From Eledone cirrhosa (Eukaryota), in NCBI GenBank assembly GCA_964016885.1, contig OZ024743.1, positions 90,148,001-90,212,000 of the forward strand: a stretch of DNA of 64,000 nucleotides, in the 5' to 3' direction. Positions 40,094 to 54,781 of the stretch are shown piece after piece. The translations under genes and the position numbers were made by a program. Numbering within the stretch: position 1 is the stretch's first letter; each line of letters starts with the position of its first letter. The notes beneath the pieces are model-generated. The model was not told where the DNA came from. It was given only the letters and a program-made list of their open reading frames with translations, and did not search any database.

Positions 40094-40456
40094 GATATTA
40101 ACAAATGGAAACTATATTTATAAGACCATATCTATTTTATTATACATATTTCAAGGATACCATGTTAAATTATGGTATGCTTTCATCAGACAAAATACAA
40201 TATATTTCAGTTTTATAAATGAATATGGACATACCCTTTCAAAATGCTACCGTTACTTTTGGAAGACATCAGGATAGTCTTCCAAAAGTAACGGTAGCAT
40301 TTTGAAAGGGTATGTCAATATTTATTTATAAAACTGGTATATATTGTATTTTGTCTGATGAAAGCATACCATAATTTAACATGGTATCCTTGAAATATGT
40401 ATAATAAAATAGATATGGTTTTATAAATATAGTTTCCATTTCTAAAATATCGTATA
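40089..40456. repeat. ~175-bp-arm palindrome carrying hammerhead motifs on both strands
   Basis: Centre GGAAGAC-atcaggata-GTCTTCC; arms are reverse-complementary. Confidence 0.9.
40347..40411 (+). ncRNA. Type-I hammerhead ribozyme (mirror copy on - strand at ~40133-40198)
   Basis: tattttgt-CTGATGA-aagcataccat aatttaac atggtatcctt-GAAA-tatgta-TA-ataaaata; 8-bp stem I. Confidence 0.78.
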
Positions 40457-40927
40457 TTTACTCCAAATACTTGTCGAGTGCTTTATATCAGTTATAAAAA
40501 TATTTGCTTGTTGTATACCAACAATTTAAATAGAACTTTTGCATATATATATATATATATATTTATTAAAATAACAGATTAAAGTTTAAGCAAAAAATCG
40601 CTGCTTAAACTTTAAATACGTGGTTCTGTCTTTGCGCGTAATTGTTTTTCACCGCTCCTATTAATGACGTATTATATTCGTTTTTTCCCGTTCTTTGCCA
40701 GCGAACGTTTCCACGAACCAAAGTATCGTCTTCCTGTCTTCCTCCGGTTGCAACGTTTTTTTGAAATATCCAGTTCTGCGTTTACGGATTGACTTTGTTA
40801 GTTTCAGAAGATCCCGTTAAGGGTGAAAGCAGCGATTCTTTGCTTAAACTTTAATCTGTTATTTTAATAAATATATGTATATATATATATTTATATATAT
40901 ATATATTCATATATATATATATTTATT

Positions 40928-41022
<95 letters not shown>

Positions 41023-41189
41023 TTATATATTTATATATATTTATTTATATATATATATTTATATATATTTATTTATATATATATATTTATATATATTTAT
41101 TTATATATATATATATATTTATATATATTTATATATATATATATTTATATATATTTATTTATATATATATATTTATATATATATATATA

Positions 41190-41232
<43 letters not shown>

Positions 41233-41313
41233 TTATATATATATATATTTATTTATATATATTTATTTATATATATATATTTATTTATATATATATATTT
41301 ATTTATATATATA

Positions 41314-41394
<81 letters not shown>

Positions 41395-41399
41395 TTATT

Positions 41400-41476
<77 letters not shown>

Positions 41477-41493
41477 TTATATATATATTTATT

Positions 41494-41676
<183 letters not shown>

Positions 41677-41700
41677 TTTTATATATATATATATATATAT

Positions 41701-41757
<57 letters not shown>

Positions 41758-41759
41758 TA

Positions 41760-42126
41760 TATACGATATTAACAAATGGAAACTATATTTATAAGACCAT
41801 ATCTATTTTATTATACATATTTCAAGGATACCATGTTAAATTATGGTATGCTTTCATCAGACAAAATACAATATATTTCAGTTTTATAAATGAATATGGA
41901 CATACCCTTTCAAAATGCTACCGTTACTTTTGGAAGACATCAGGATAGTCTTCCAAAAGTAACGGTAGCATTTTGAAAGGGTATGTCAATATTTATTTAT
42001 AAAACTGGTATATATTGTATTTTGTCTGATGAAAGCATACCATAATTTAACATGGTATCCTTGAAATATGTATAATAAAATAGATATGGTTTTATTAATA
42101 TAGTTTCCATTTCTAAAATATCGTAT
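41760..42126. repeat. Second copy of the hammerhead-bearing palindrome (+ strand core 42018-42082)
   Basis: Near-identical to 40089-40456. Confidence 0.9.
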
Positions 42127-42616
42127 ATTTACTCCAAATACTTGTCGAGTGCTTTATATCAGTTATAAAAATATTTGCTTGTTGTATACCAACAATTTAA
42201 ATAGAACTTTTGCATATATGTATATATATATATTTATTAAAATAACAGATTAAAGTTTAAGCAAAAAATCGCTGCTTAAACTTTAAATACGTGGTTCTGT
42301 CTTTGCGCGTAATTGTTTTTCACCGCTCCTATTAATGACGTATTATATTCGTTTTTTCCCGTTCTTTGCCAGCGAACGTTTCCACGAACCAAAGTATCGT
42401 CTTCCTGTCTTCCTCCGGTTGCAACGTTTTTTGAAATATCCAGTTCTGCGTTTACAGATTGATTTTGTTAGTTTCAGAAGATCCCGTTAAGGGTGAAAGC
42501 AGCGATTCTTTGCTTAAACTTTAATCTGTTATTTTAATAAATATTTGCTCTACGGTTCTTATATATTTATCCTTATCTTTGGATTTTAGTCAAATTTAGT
42601 CAAATTTATTATTATA

Positions 42617-42691
<75 letters not shown>

Positions 42692-42845
42692 TATGCAAAA
42701 GTTTTATTTAAGATTGCTGGGTTACAACGAGTAAATATTTTATAACTGATATAAAAGCACTCAGTTTCCATTTGTTTAATATTATAATATATATATATAT
42801 TTATATATATATAAATTTATATATATTATATATATATATATATAA

Positions 42846-42907
<62 letters not shown>

Positions 42908-42929
42908 TTATATATAATAGGAACGATCG

Positions 42930-43121
42930 ACTTTCGTCAAATCGGACCGAGGGAACAATGTTTCCGTCGGTCTTTCCAATTGCTAATACTATCTATCGGT
43001 CGCAACTCCAGGTAGAAGGAGCAACGTGAAATAAAGTGTCTTGCTCAAGGACATAACGTATCACCTGGTCCAGGAATCGAACTCACAACCTTAGGATTGC
43101 GAATCCAATTCTCTAACCACT

Positions 43122-43122
<1 letters not shown>
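42930..43122 (-). mobile_element. tRNA-derived SINE family 2
   Basis: Reverse complement: AGTGGTTAGAG (A box)...GAGTTCGATTCC (B box)...GTCCTTGAGCAAGACACTT central domain. Confidence 0.75.
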
Positions 43123-43191
<69 letters not shown>

Positions 43192-43783
43192 GTATGTATA
43201 TTTATATATTTATATATATATATATATGTATATTTATATATATATATATATGTATGAATGAAGTAATTCCGTCGGAAAAGGCAATTATTTCAAACGTGTG
43301 TTTGTTCATTTATTTGTTGCCTGTATCGCGGTCAACATTATAATAGTCTTTATATTCATGTTTATGTTTTTTATTATTATATATTTTTTCTTATAATTAT
43401 TTGCGTGTGTGAGTATGTAGAGGTGTGTGTATATATTTCTATTTTTGTGCATGCGTATGTATGCGTCTATATATATATGTGTATGTATGTGTATGTATGT
43501 ACGTGTGTATATACGTATGATTGTGTGTATGTATGTATGTATGTATGTATGTATGTATGTATGTATGTATGTATGTATGTATGTATGTATGTATGTGTAT
43601 GTATATGTGTATGTATATGTATGTGTATGTGTATAGATATATATATATATGTGTGTGGGTGTATATATGTATGTGTATGTATGGATATGTTGATATTTGT
43701 GTGGTTGTATGTATGTGTATGTATATATATACACATATATATGTGCGTGTGTGTATATGTGTGTGTGTATGTATGTGTGTATG

Positions 43784-43840
<57 letters not shown>

Positions 43841-44080
43841 ATGTATATACTTGTGTGTGTGTGTGTGTGTGTGTGTGTGCTTCCATGTGTCTTTATATTT
43901 TATTTTTCCTTTCCTTCTTCCTTTTCCAGCCTCACTTTCATATAGATTATATTTTTGGTTTTTAAAATCCAACGTCAATAAATACACCACGAATTTTTCT
44001 TTCTGATGATTGAAAGCAAAATTTTTTTTGCTTTTAAGAAACCACTGGTAAATGAAATAATTGCCTTGTTGTTTATTACA

Positions 44081-44182
<102 letters not shown>

Positions 44183-44198
44183 TGTATATTTATATATT

Positions 44199-44238
<40 letters not shown>

Positions 44239-44254
44239 AATATATAAATATACA

Positions 44255-44306
<52 letters not shown>

Positions 44307-44778
44307 AATATATAAATATACATATATGTATATATATATATGTATACAGACGTACAGTAGTATGTATATATATATACATACATGCACACATATATATATG
44401 TACGTATGGATTCACAGAACATTTATTATAATGCTCGGTGTGTTTGTAAACAAACATCCTGTATTAAGCCGTAGTGTCTAGCAACCATCGTTGCTTGTTT
44501 GTTCAACACTGACACAGGAACGCTCTACTAGTTTCAATCTTATTAGCTATCCTCAGCAACGTATACCTTCCTGTCAGATTGTTGAACGTATATACTTACC
44601 TTATGCATATTAACAGCTGAGTAGCCCAATTTGCATGTCGAGTGGGTTAATCGGCCGGGTGCACCGAAAACGATAAACGGAAAAAATGAAACGAAATTTC
44701 CTTTCCCACTCTTAGTACGGCTGTTACTTAAATATAAGTATGTACACGTACATACATATATGTATACAGAGGTACAGT

Positions 44779-44839
<61 letters not shown>

Positions 44840-44943
44840 GATACTTGTCGAGTGCTTTATATCAGTTATAAAAATATTTGCTTGTTGTATCCCAACAATT
44901 TAAATAGAACTTTTGCATATATATATATATATATATATATACA

Positions 44944-45239
<296 letters not shown>

Positions 45240-45500
45240 TAAACGAAATAGAAAATGCTGACAAATTGTTCACAGTGAAAAATAGTTTAATTAGGAATAA
45301 GTGAGAATTAATAATTGTATTGGTTAGTATTCAATTTTGGTTTTAAGTTTTACCGGTTGTACATTTCTAATGCTTTTCAAAAATAATTTTGTGATAGAGC
45401 GTCCGTGATGTTTGCTCTGTATATATATATATATATATATTAGAAAGTGAGGTTTTTTTACAAAATGAAAAATAACCGAGGTGTCCTACACGAGTGAAAG

Positions 45501-45777
45501 TATAAAGAAAAGAGATGAAATCGAAAATGCAACTGGAGTCTTATTTTTTTTTAAAATATATATATTTATTTGGTTCCTTTATCGGTTTCGCAGTTCTTCT
45601 GCTTTTCAAAAGGTGAGTTGAGATGGAGGGTCTGTGGTTTTTCTCACAGACCCTCCATCTCAACTCACCTTTTGAAAAGCAGAAGAACTGCAAAACCGGT
45701 AAAGGAATCAAATAAATATATATATTTTTTTTTTAAATTTGACTCCAGTTGCATTTTCGATTTCATCTCTTTTTCTT

Positions 45778-45781
<4 letters not shown>
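45501..45781. repeat. Long inverted repeat (~135-nt arms, loop GTTTTTCT)
   Basis: ...GAGATGGAGGGTCTGTG / CACAGACCCTCCATCTC... Confidence 0.9.
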
Positions 45782-45814
<33 letters not shown>

Positions 45815-45880
45815 ATAAATAAATATATATATATATAAATATATATATAAATATAAATATATATATATATAAATATATAT

Positions 45881-45937
<57 letters not shown>

Positions 45938-46058
45938 AATATATATATATATAAATATATATATATATAAATATATATATAAATATATATATATATAAAT
46001 ATATATATATATAAATATATGAATTATAAGAATCAAAGAACTGTTCAAAACATTTTTA

Positions 46059-46105
46059 TGCTTACAACTGTTTCCTCCAAACCGAGGTTTGGATTCTTCG
46101 GAGCA
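46059..46105 (-). ncRNA. Type-I hammerhead motif (CCGAAGA variant) upstream of and antisense to the PLE ORF
   Basis: Reverse complement: tgct-CCGAAGA-a-tccaaac ctcg gtttgga-g-GAAA-cagttg-TA-agca. Confidence 0.65.
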
Positions 46106-46507
46106 ATTTATTATTGAATGAACACTTATATGACCTCCTTTTCACCCAAGAGACATACAGATACATATGCAAATATTGTGGGTCAACATTCATTACAGCA
46201 TTTAGTGTGGCAGTACACATTTAGAGATTACATTCATATTAAAAGATACAATCAAAAATACAGGTTAAAATACAACATTAAATTAAGCGGTTATAGAGTG
46301 CAATGCTTATATGTGTGGCAAGCACGTGCGTCTTGTTTATATAGTGTGGCAGAGAGTTACGTGTAATAGAAGCACTTAAGCAGGTAATCAAGAGTGTTAA
46401 GAGGGTTGATCTGGTAATGAATTCTTTATATGATTGTTATAGCCTGTGTGTGGAGAAATAATATAAGTATTAAAAATAATGTAACCACACCGACACACGG
46501 CATTAAT

Positions 46508-48834
46508 ATGGAAAGGCATCATATAGGTATGTCACTTAAAAACATACCTATACCTAACAAAAGGGAATATATTCTTAGTATGATTCAACGCAATAACGAC
46601 TTCCTTCGGCGTGTACGATGGAAAGCTTTCCATTTTGATAAAGGATGCGCCAGTCACTCGTCTGAATCATATGGTTTTAAATCATGTAAAAACCCACCCA
46701 CAAACCCTCATCTCGATGCTTTCGAACAAGATTTAATGAAAACAACCATGAACATTAAGTTCAACAAACATAGAAATAATGAGCTGCAGAGCAACATGAA
46801 AGCACTACTCCGAAGATTGCAAAATACCAATGGAATTGTTGTGAAAGCTGACAAGACCTCTAACGTGTATACCATGGATATCGATACGTACAATAACTTC
46901 ATACGCAACGAACTACACAAAAAATATAGAAAAACAAATGAAACTATGCTAGCAAATATTAACAACGAGGCATACAAAGTGGTGAAGAATCTCAAGATAG
47001 ACGATAGAACCAAGCCGATTATACCCGCTACCCCCACCTTCAACCTGAAGGACCATAAGGTAAATTTTGACTCTAACCCTAAGATTAGACTTATATGCCC
47101 TTCTAAATCAGACATAGGAAAAATTAGCAAACATATACTTGACAGAGTAATAACTCAAGTGAAACAGAAAATTTAAATTAAATTATGGGGCAACACTAGC
47201 GAAGCAATTCGCTGGTTTAATAACGTTAAGAATAAGAATAAATCTAAGTTTATACAATTTGACATAGACGAATACTACTCTTCCATCTCACCAAGCACTT
47301 TACGTAAGGCCCTATCGTTTGCTAAGGTCAATTCCGACCTAACAGAGGACGAAATTAATATTATTCTCGAGGCTAGAAAAACCATTATTAAGTTTGATAA
47401 CTGCTACTGGGAACGTAAGGACAGACCCACAAATTTCGACATTACCATGGGTTCCAACGACTCAGCGGAGGTCACGGATCTCGTGGGAATTTACATAGCC
47501 CACATATTACATAGTAAATTTAGTAATCTACAGGGGGGATATACAGAGATGACGGGCTCTTATTAGTTAATAACTTGAATAACCAAAATCTTGAAAGGCT
47601 ACGGAAAAATATTAGAAAATCTTTTAGTGAACTGGGTCTAAAAATAACATACGAATACAATCTTAAAGTAGTAAACTTTCTGGACGTAACTCTTAATTTA
47701 AATACCGGACAGATACGACCCTTCCACAAGATGAATGTGAACCTTACGTATATTAACTTTAACTCAAACCACCCACTCTCCATGATCAAATCAGTTCCCC
47801 GGAGTATTTCTCTTAGAATCTCTCGCCTATCGTCAAACTCTGATATTTTTAGTGAACACGCTGAATACTACAATAATGCATTAAGGAAAGCCGACCTCCG
47901 GGATACAATAGAATACATTGATAGGAATTTCCATAACACACATAGCTCTACACGAAATCAAGGAATACGTAACCGGGGGACTAAAATACAAGCGCACACA
48001 CACAGTACTACCAGACATACTAATAATAGAAAATCACCACCAAATAAATCACATTGTAGAAAGTATATCTGGTACAATCCTATTTTTAATGCCTCGATTA
48101 GTACAAAACTATCTCTATCATTCTTTAAGTTAATCAACAAACATTTCCCTAGTTCCCATAAATACAGCAAAATTCTGAACTCTAAAACTATTAGACTATC
48201 ATACTCCACGGCACCAAACCTTGAAGCATACATAAAAAAACTTAACTTAAGGCAATTAAACAACTCTACAAAACAAAACATTTTAGTAACAGATGGGCAG
48301 AACGTAATATCTGCCTCCCAACTACTAAATGGGAGACGGGTATTACACAATCCACCTGTACCGCTATCACAACCTATCCATGGTATACCCGCTACCCACA
48401 ACAAAGAATGTAACTGCCATCTACCTGAAAGATGTCCATTGAAGAATGAATGCCTAAAGTCCAACATTGTTTACCAATGCACGGTTGAATCGAACGACCA
48501 GAAATGGTATTATATCGGATCTACCACCACCTCGTTTAAATCTCGCTGGTACCGTCATCGATTCTCAATCAAACATCCTAATCACCGTTTTGTGACCACG
48601 CTCGCCAACAAGACCTGGCAACTCCGTGAACGCAACCAACAGTTCACCTTAAATTGGGATATACTTTCCAGCGCAAGTGCATATCGGAGTGGATTGAAAT
48701 ACTGCAGGTTATGTAACCTTGAACTCTTTTACATATTAAAATCCAAAAACAAACTACTTAACGATAGAATTGAACGATCATTATACTGCAACCACAAACT
48801 ACAAGCTAAATTCTCTCACTATAAAATAACTTAA
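46508..48834 (+). pseudogene. PLE polyprotein (RT + GIY-YIG) with in-frame TAA at 47174-47176 and a frameshift in the G-run near 47533
   Basis: SLKNIP, VKADKT, FIQFDIDEYY, FDITMGSNDSAEV, YRDDGL, VNFLDVTL, CNC..CPL..CL, IVYQ...YYIG, CRLC, CNH. Confidence 0.9.
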
Positions 48835-49320
48835 CATTCGAACCCGTAACTATAACATCGCTTTCTAGCTAACCACCTTCTCTTCCCCCACACTACAAGA
48901 CAATACCCTGCTTATCACTATAAATGGTTACTCAGTGCAATTCACAGATTACTACTACAAACCCAAAGTTCACTCACCACGTAAACTTCGTCTGTCCCCT
49001 CTCTACCTCTCTCTCTACATCCATTACACTCTCTCTCTCTCTCGCCTTTGGCCTACATCCCTCTCCACATCTATGAACCTGCCCTCTGGGGCAATAAATA
49101 ATTCCGACCTTAACTATCAACGCATCTCTCCAAAAGTAACCAGTATAATAAAACCCCTACCATAACATTTTGATTAAGATATCTACAAACCACTCTCTCC
49201 TACTTCTCCAACCCCTGCATATCTTTCTCTCTCTCTCCCCTACTTTTCTCTCTTCCTTTTCTACTCTATCTTCCCCAACAACCCCACTTAAGGGTATTTA
49301 CATTGTACATTTTACCATTC

Positions 49321-49432
49321 TGCTCTGAGGATACAATGGTCACAGCATTGGATATTTGAGTTCTGCAAATTCTTGTAAATTTGCACATAGCATAACTAGG
49401 CTGTAGTACCACGGTGGAAACATTTGTAAGCA
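49321..49432 (+). ncRNA. Type-I hammerhead ribozyme with a greatly extended stem II in the PLE 3' end
   Basis: tgct-CTGAGGA-[~85 nt foldable]-GAAA-catttg-TA-agca. Confidence 0.7.
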
Positions 49433-49482
49433 CACGGAATAAATTACCTTTTTATGATGTCTACCTGTTATTATTCATTCTT

Positions 49483-49517
<35 letters not shown>

Positions 49518-49585
49518 AAATATATAAATATACATATATATATATATATACATTTATATTTATATATATATATATAAATATATAA

Positions 49586-49641
<56 letters not shown>

Positions 49642-49689
49642 AAATATATACATATATATATATATATTTATATTTATATATATATATAA

Positions 49690-49722
<33 letters not shown>

Positions 49723-49723
49723 A

Positions 49724-49756
<33 letters not shown>

Positions 49757-49757
49757 A

Positions 49758-49988
<231 letters not shown>

Positions 49989-50017
49989 AATATATACATA
50001 TATATATATATATATAA

Positions 50018-50088
<71 letters not shown>

Positions 50089-50116
50089 TATACATATATA
50101 TATATATATTTATATT

Positions 50117-50147
<31 letters not shown>

Positions 50148-50161
50148 TTATATTTATATAT

Positions 50162-50334
<173 letters not shown>

Positions 50335-50422
50335 AAACAAAAGGTAAACGGAAACAACAAACCAAACAACACAATACAGTGAAGAAATGTATTAGTTTAA
50401 AGCTTGATATAGTAGGATAAGA

Positions 50423-50459
50423 ATCTTTACATTTCGGACAATAGTCCTTCATCAGAGAT
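50423..50459 (-). ncRNA. Minimal type-I hammerhead motif (family A)
   Basis: Reverse complement: atct-CTGATGA-a-ggac tatt gtcc-GAAA-tg-TA-aagat. Confidence 0.62.
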
Positions 50460-50635
50460 AGAAAGAGAAACAAAAGATGATATAGAATGATAGAGGGTGA
50501 GGAGAGGAAGAAACAGAAAAAAAAAATTTTCTTTTAGAAAAAGCAATTGTGTGTTCTGTCAGACATTTTGTGATGAAAACCTGATTTGTGATTCGAGTAA
50601 TATTTGTATCATTGTTAAAAAGAATCATTTCTTAC

Positions 50636-50647
50636 ATTGACAGGAAT
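50636..50647 (-). CDS. ANO: Candidate 12-nt anoctamin microexon: IPVN
   Basis: U-rich tract + aag acceptor, GTAAGA donor; phase 0-0; fills the expected xPVx position between RPEF...KIYE and KSYYYP. Confidence 0.5.
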
Positions 50648-50745
50648 CTTTGAATGTAGATAAAAAAATTAAAAAAGTAAAATAAAAAAAAAAAACATTA
50701 AGAAACACATTTTTTATAAAGTAGATCATTATAGAGTTACCTAGA

Positions 50746-50935
50746 GGGCGGTGGATTGGCACTATCGGTAGAGGGTCGGACGCCATGCTTTGACGCAAAA
50801 AGTTACGGCCCTTGCCATTCTGAGTTCAAATCCCGCCGAGGTTAACTTTGCCTTTCATCCTTACGGGGTCGATAAAATAAAGTACCAGTAATACACTGAA
50901 TAATTGCTGGCCTTGTGCCAAAAGTAGAAACAATT
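50746..50935 (+). mobile_element. SINE family 1 copy
   Basis: Matches the family consensus. Confidence 0.85.
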
Positions 50936-51025
50936 ATAGAGTTACCTCCCTCGTGTTTACTAACAGTTATTTCCCTTGTATTTATACTATTGTAAATCAA
51001 TCGTCAATTAAAAAATGGGGAAATA

Positions 51026-51125
51026 CAGGGTGTTCCAAAAAATGTATACACACTTTGATTACCTGTACAGGCAATATTTATTAGAATGCTGTTGAAGTGT
51101 GTATACAGTTTTTGGGGAGACCCTG
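51026..51125. mobile_element. Tc1/mariner-like MITE (100 bp)
   Basis: TA|CAGGGTG...AAAAATGTATACACACTT ... AAGTGTGTATACAGTTTTTGG...ACCCTG|TA: TIRs with TA TSD. Confidence 0.8.
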
Positions 51126-51441
51126 TATATAAAATAATGATTTTAATTGAATGGAATGATAGATCGATTATTGATTAGTTTATCACTATAACTGCTAGTA
51201 ATTCTGTTTATTGGTATCAGCTGATGTGGAGCTTTTGAAGGATATAAAACACAGAAAGACAGTAGAGTGATGATGGTGGGGGGAGTAGGAAGAGCGGGAT
51301 GAAGGGAGCAGGAGGGGGATGAGAGAGGAGGAGGAAGAGAGGGTAGGGGGAATTACAAGAATGATAAACACAGTAAATAAGAATTATTGATTGATTGATT
51401 TCTGCAAATAAAAAAAAAATAGCATTTGTTTAAGAACTTAC

Positions 51442-51563
51442 TTCATATATTTTGGGGGCATTGAACTCTGGTCTGTTAGGTTCAAGGAACTCGTAGTTAT
51501 AGACGTCCCATTGGTGGGCCAACTCACAAGACTTTCTCTTCCATGCTTCCAAGAATATTGTGC
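51442..51563 (-). CDS. ANO: Anoctamin exon: (G)TIFLEAWKRKSCELAHQWDVYNYEFLEPNRPEFNAPKIYE
   Basis: tatttcag acceptor, GTAAGT donor; FLExWKR...LAxxWD...RPEF hallmark; phase 1 to 0. Confidence 0.95.
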
Positions 51564-51946
51564 CTGAAATATAAGGATTTCTAATTAGGCTCTTCTCTCT
51601 CTCCTTCATTTTTCTCCTTCATTCTCTTTCATTCCTCCCTCTCTTTCATTCCTCCCCTTCTTTCATTCCTCCCTCTCTTTCATTCCTCCCTCTCTTTCAT
51701 TCCTCCCCCTCTTTCATTCCTCCCTCTCTCCTTCCTTCCTCTCTCTCCTTATCTTCTCTCCCTTTTCTTCTCTCCCCCTTCCCTTTGACCTTCCTCTCTC
51801 TCCTCTGTTTTACTCTCTCTCCCTTCTTTTTCTCCCTCCACTCTCTCCCCTTCCTCTCTTTCTCTCTCCAACATCTCTCTCTCTCCCCTTCCTCTCCCCA
51901 ACCAATCCTTACAGAACAATTTAGTATTTTTTCCTAAACAGGACAG

Positions 51947-52351
51947 GATTATGTACCCTGTGGTAGAATTATGTACCCTGTGGTAGAATTATGTAGCCTG
52001 TGGTAGAATTATGTACCCTGTGGTAGAATTATGTACCTTCTGGTAGAATTATGTACCCTGTGGTAGAAGTATATGCCCTGTGGTAGAATTATGTAGCCTG
52101 TGGTAGATTTATGTACCATGTGTTTGAATTATTGACCTTGGGGTAGAATTATTGACCTTGGGGTAGAATGATATGCCCTGTGGTAGAATTATGTACCCTG
52201 TGGTGGAATTATATGCCCTGTGGTAGAATTATGTACCCTGTGGTAGAATGATATGCCCTGTGGTAGAATTATATGCCCTGTGGTAGAATTATATGCCCTG
52301 TGGTAGAATTATATGCCCTGGTGTAGGATTATATAATGATTGGTAGAATTA
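51947..52351. repeat. 20-bp minisatellite GAATTATGTACCCTGTGGTA (~20 units)
   Basis: Direct periodicity. Confidence 0.93.
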
Positions 52352-52427
52352 ATTAATTAACAATGGACAGTATTAATCAGTGATAGATATACCTGTGTGC
52401 CATACAAACAGAATCAGTAATACTTAC

Positions 52428-52522
52428 CCCACAAACATATGATTAAGGCAAAGTAAGGTGTGATGTTGTTATCAAAAGATTCCCGGATTACAAATAGGAC
52501 ATCATTCATTGTTCTTTTGATC
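52428..52522 (-). CDS. ANO: Anoctamin exon: IKRTMNDVLFVIRESFDNNITPYFALIICLW(G)
   Basis: cttcag acceptor, GTAAGT donor; FDNxxTPxFAxxxxxW motif (TM2); phase 2 to 1. Confidence 0.93.
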
Positions 52523-52677
52523 CTGAAGTGTGAAAAAGAAACGATGAGAAATTCAGCCATACATTGGCCAAACCGGTCTGGACACTAGTATTACTAATTA
52601 AACATATGGTTTCTTGAAAACAGACGATTTCTCCCAGAGACAGAGAAAGAGAAAGTAAGAGATAGAGAGGAGAGTCG

Positions 52678-52826
52678 ACCCCAGTACAGGACTGGTATTT
52701 ATTTATCAACATCAACAGGATAGAAAGTAAAGTTGACCTCAGCAGAGATTTGAACTCAGAGCCCAGTGGGCCATCTCAAATACCAAAGCATTTTTATTCT
52801 GATGCCCTAACCACACTGTCAATTGG
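52678..52826 (-). mobile_element. Diverged SINE family 1 copy
   Basis: Reverse complement resembles the family core (CTGAGTTCAAATC...GAGGTCAACTTT...GATAAATAAATACCAG). Confidence 0.65.
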
Positions 52827-53627
52827 CTGTCTTCTTTACCCTAAAAAAGGATAAATAAAATACAGTGCAGTTTGAGATAGATATTTGTTAAAGGCCATCT
52901 CAGGGAGCTAGTCTACTTGATTAAATGTTGGCCTTCAAAAGGGAATGAATCAAATACTGTGCAGTTTAAGGAGGGGTGAGGTTGTGGTGGTAATGGTGGT
53001 GGGCTAAGTACCAAGTAGGAGGTGAGGTGGTGGTGGTCGTGATGGTCGTGGTGGTAGGCTGGTGGTGGCGGTGGTGGTGGTGGTGGTGCTGGTGCTGGTG
53101 GTGCTGGTGGACTAAGTAGCAAACACACTGTAGAATTGTTTAAAACCATCTTGGGATGGGGATTTAGCCTAATTGATTAAAAGCTGACACTAAAATAGAA
53201 TAAATCAGGAGTCAGTTACCAGGCACCCTCTAGATAATGGATGGTTGTCAAAGACCATGCCAACAATCTATGGATAGTTGAGGGATCATGTCTTATATGA
53301 TATGAGGTCCTTCATGGCATGGATATTGAACAATTCCAAAGCATCCAGTTTGAAGAAAGTAATCGTGAGTTGGGAGGTGAAAGATAGTTTTGAAGTGCCC
53401 TCAGCTTATCTAGATGACAGGTCCTTAGCCCTCTGTAGGAGACTTCCCTTTAGTTTTGTGTATCAAATTTTTCATTTATCATATGTTGTATTATAAACCT
53501 CACTCACTCTTTTTACTATATATATATATGTGTGTGTGTACATAGATATATATAAATACATACATACATACAAACCTATATATAGAGATAGATATATATA
53601 TATACATACATACATACATATATATAG

Positions 53628-53658
<31 letters not shown>

Positions 53659-53687
53659 CATACATATATATATAGATATATATATAT

Positions 53688-53726
<39 letters not shown>

Positions 53727-53813
53727 CATACATATATATATATATATAGATATAGATATATATATACATACATACATACATATATATATATATATAGAGA
53801 TATAGATATATAT

Positions 53814-53860
<47 letters not shown>

Positions 53861-53983
53861 CATACATACATATACATACATACATATATATATATATACA
53901 TATATACATATATATATATACATACATACATATATATATACATACATACATATATATATATACATACATACATATATATATAT

Positions 53984-54018
<35 letters not shown>

Positions 54019-54081
54019 CATACATACATATATATATACATACATACATATATATATATACATACATACATACATATATAT

Positions 54082-54119
<38 letters not shown>

Positions 54120-54365
54120 ATACATACATATATATATATATCTACATATATACATATACATATATATATATATGTACATATATACATATAGATATATATA
54201 TATACATATACATACATTTATACATACACATACACACACACATATATATGCAACTAATATATATCTTCAGTATATAGAAGATACAATGTCCCACAATGAT
54301 TGTTTCATTCCTAATCAATACAAAATACAAGTTGTAAGACATTGCGCCGTCTATACACTCAACAT

Positions 54366-54544
54366 GGCAGTATCGGTAGAGGGTCGGACGCAATGCTTTG
54401 CAGCAAAGAGTTACGTCCCTTTATGGTCTGAGTTCAAATCTCGCCGAGGTTAACTTTGCCTTTCATCCTTACGGGGTCGATAAAATAAAGTACCAGTAAT
54501 ACACTGAGATAATTGCTGGCCTTGTGCCAAATATAGAAACAATT
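54366..54544 (+). mobile_element. SINE family 1 copy
   Basis: Matches the family consensus. Confidence 0.85.
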
Positions 54545-54633
54545 ATATATATATATATATCATCATCACCTTTTAACGTTCATTTTAACGTTCATTTTTC
54601 CACCCTACCATAGCTTAGACAAACACACACAGG

Positions 54634-54680
<47 letters not shown>

Positions 54681-54686
<6 letters not shown>

Positions 54687-54781
54687 TAAAAAACGAAAAA
54701 TCAGTGATGCATCTGGACTCAATTTATTGCGCAATAAATTGAGTCCAGATGCATCACTGATTTTTCGTTTTTTTATACTAT
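54681..54781. repeat. Near-perfect spacerless 101-bp palindrome
   Basis: Centre TTATTGC|GCAATAA; arms differ only by one A/T in a homopolymer. Confidence 0.95.

Larger units (their letters stand above)
46430..49482 (+). mobile_element. Near-full-length Penelope-like retroelement (probably Naiad-type)
   Basis: Single RT + GIY-YIG ORF, 3' UTR, hammerhead, then (TA)n. Confidence 0.9.

Noticed and set aside
43040-43122. Functional tRNA gene
   Set aside because: Acceptor stem is missing and it runs into a SINE central domain; annotated as a SINE head
43998-44025. CTGATGA-tt-GAAA motif
   Set aside because: No stem II and no cleavage triplet; cannot be called a ribozyme
44592-44602. ATACTTACCT resembling the U1 snRNA 5' end
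   Set aside because: Downstream sequence does not match U1; it is simply the complement of a splice-donor consensus
46508-48834. Selenocysteine (UGA) recoding as reported for some Naiad PLEs
   Set aside because: The interrupting stop is TAA and the other lesion is a frameshift; no in-frame TGA was seen
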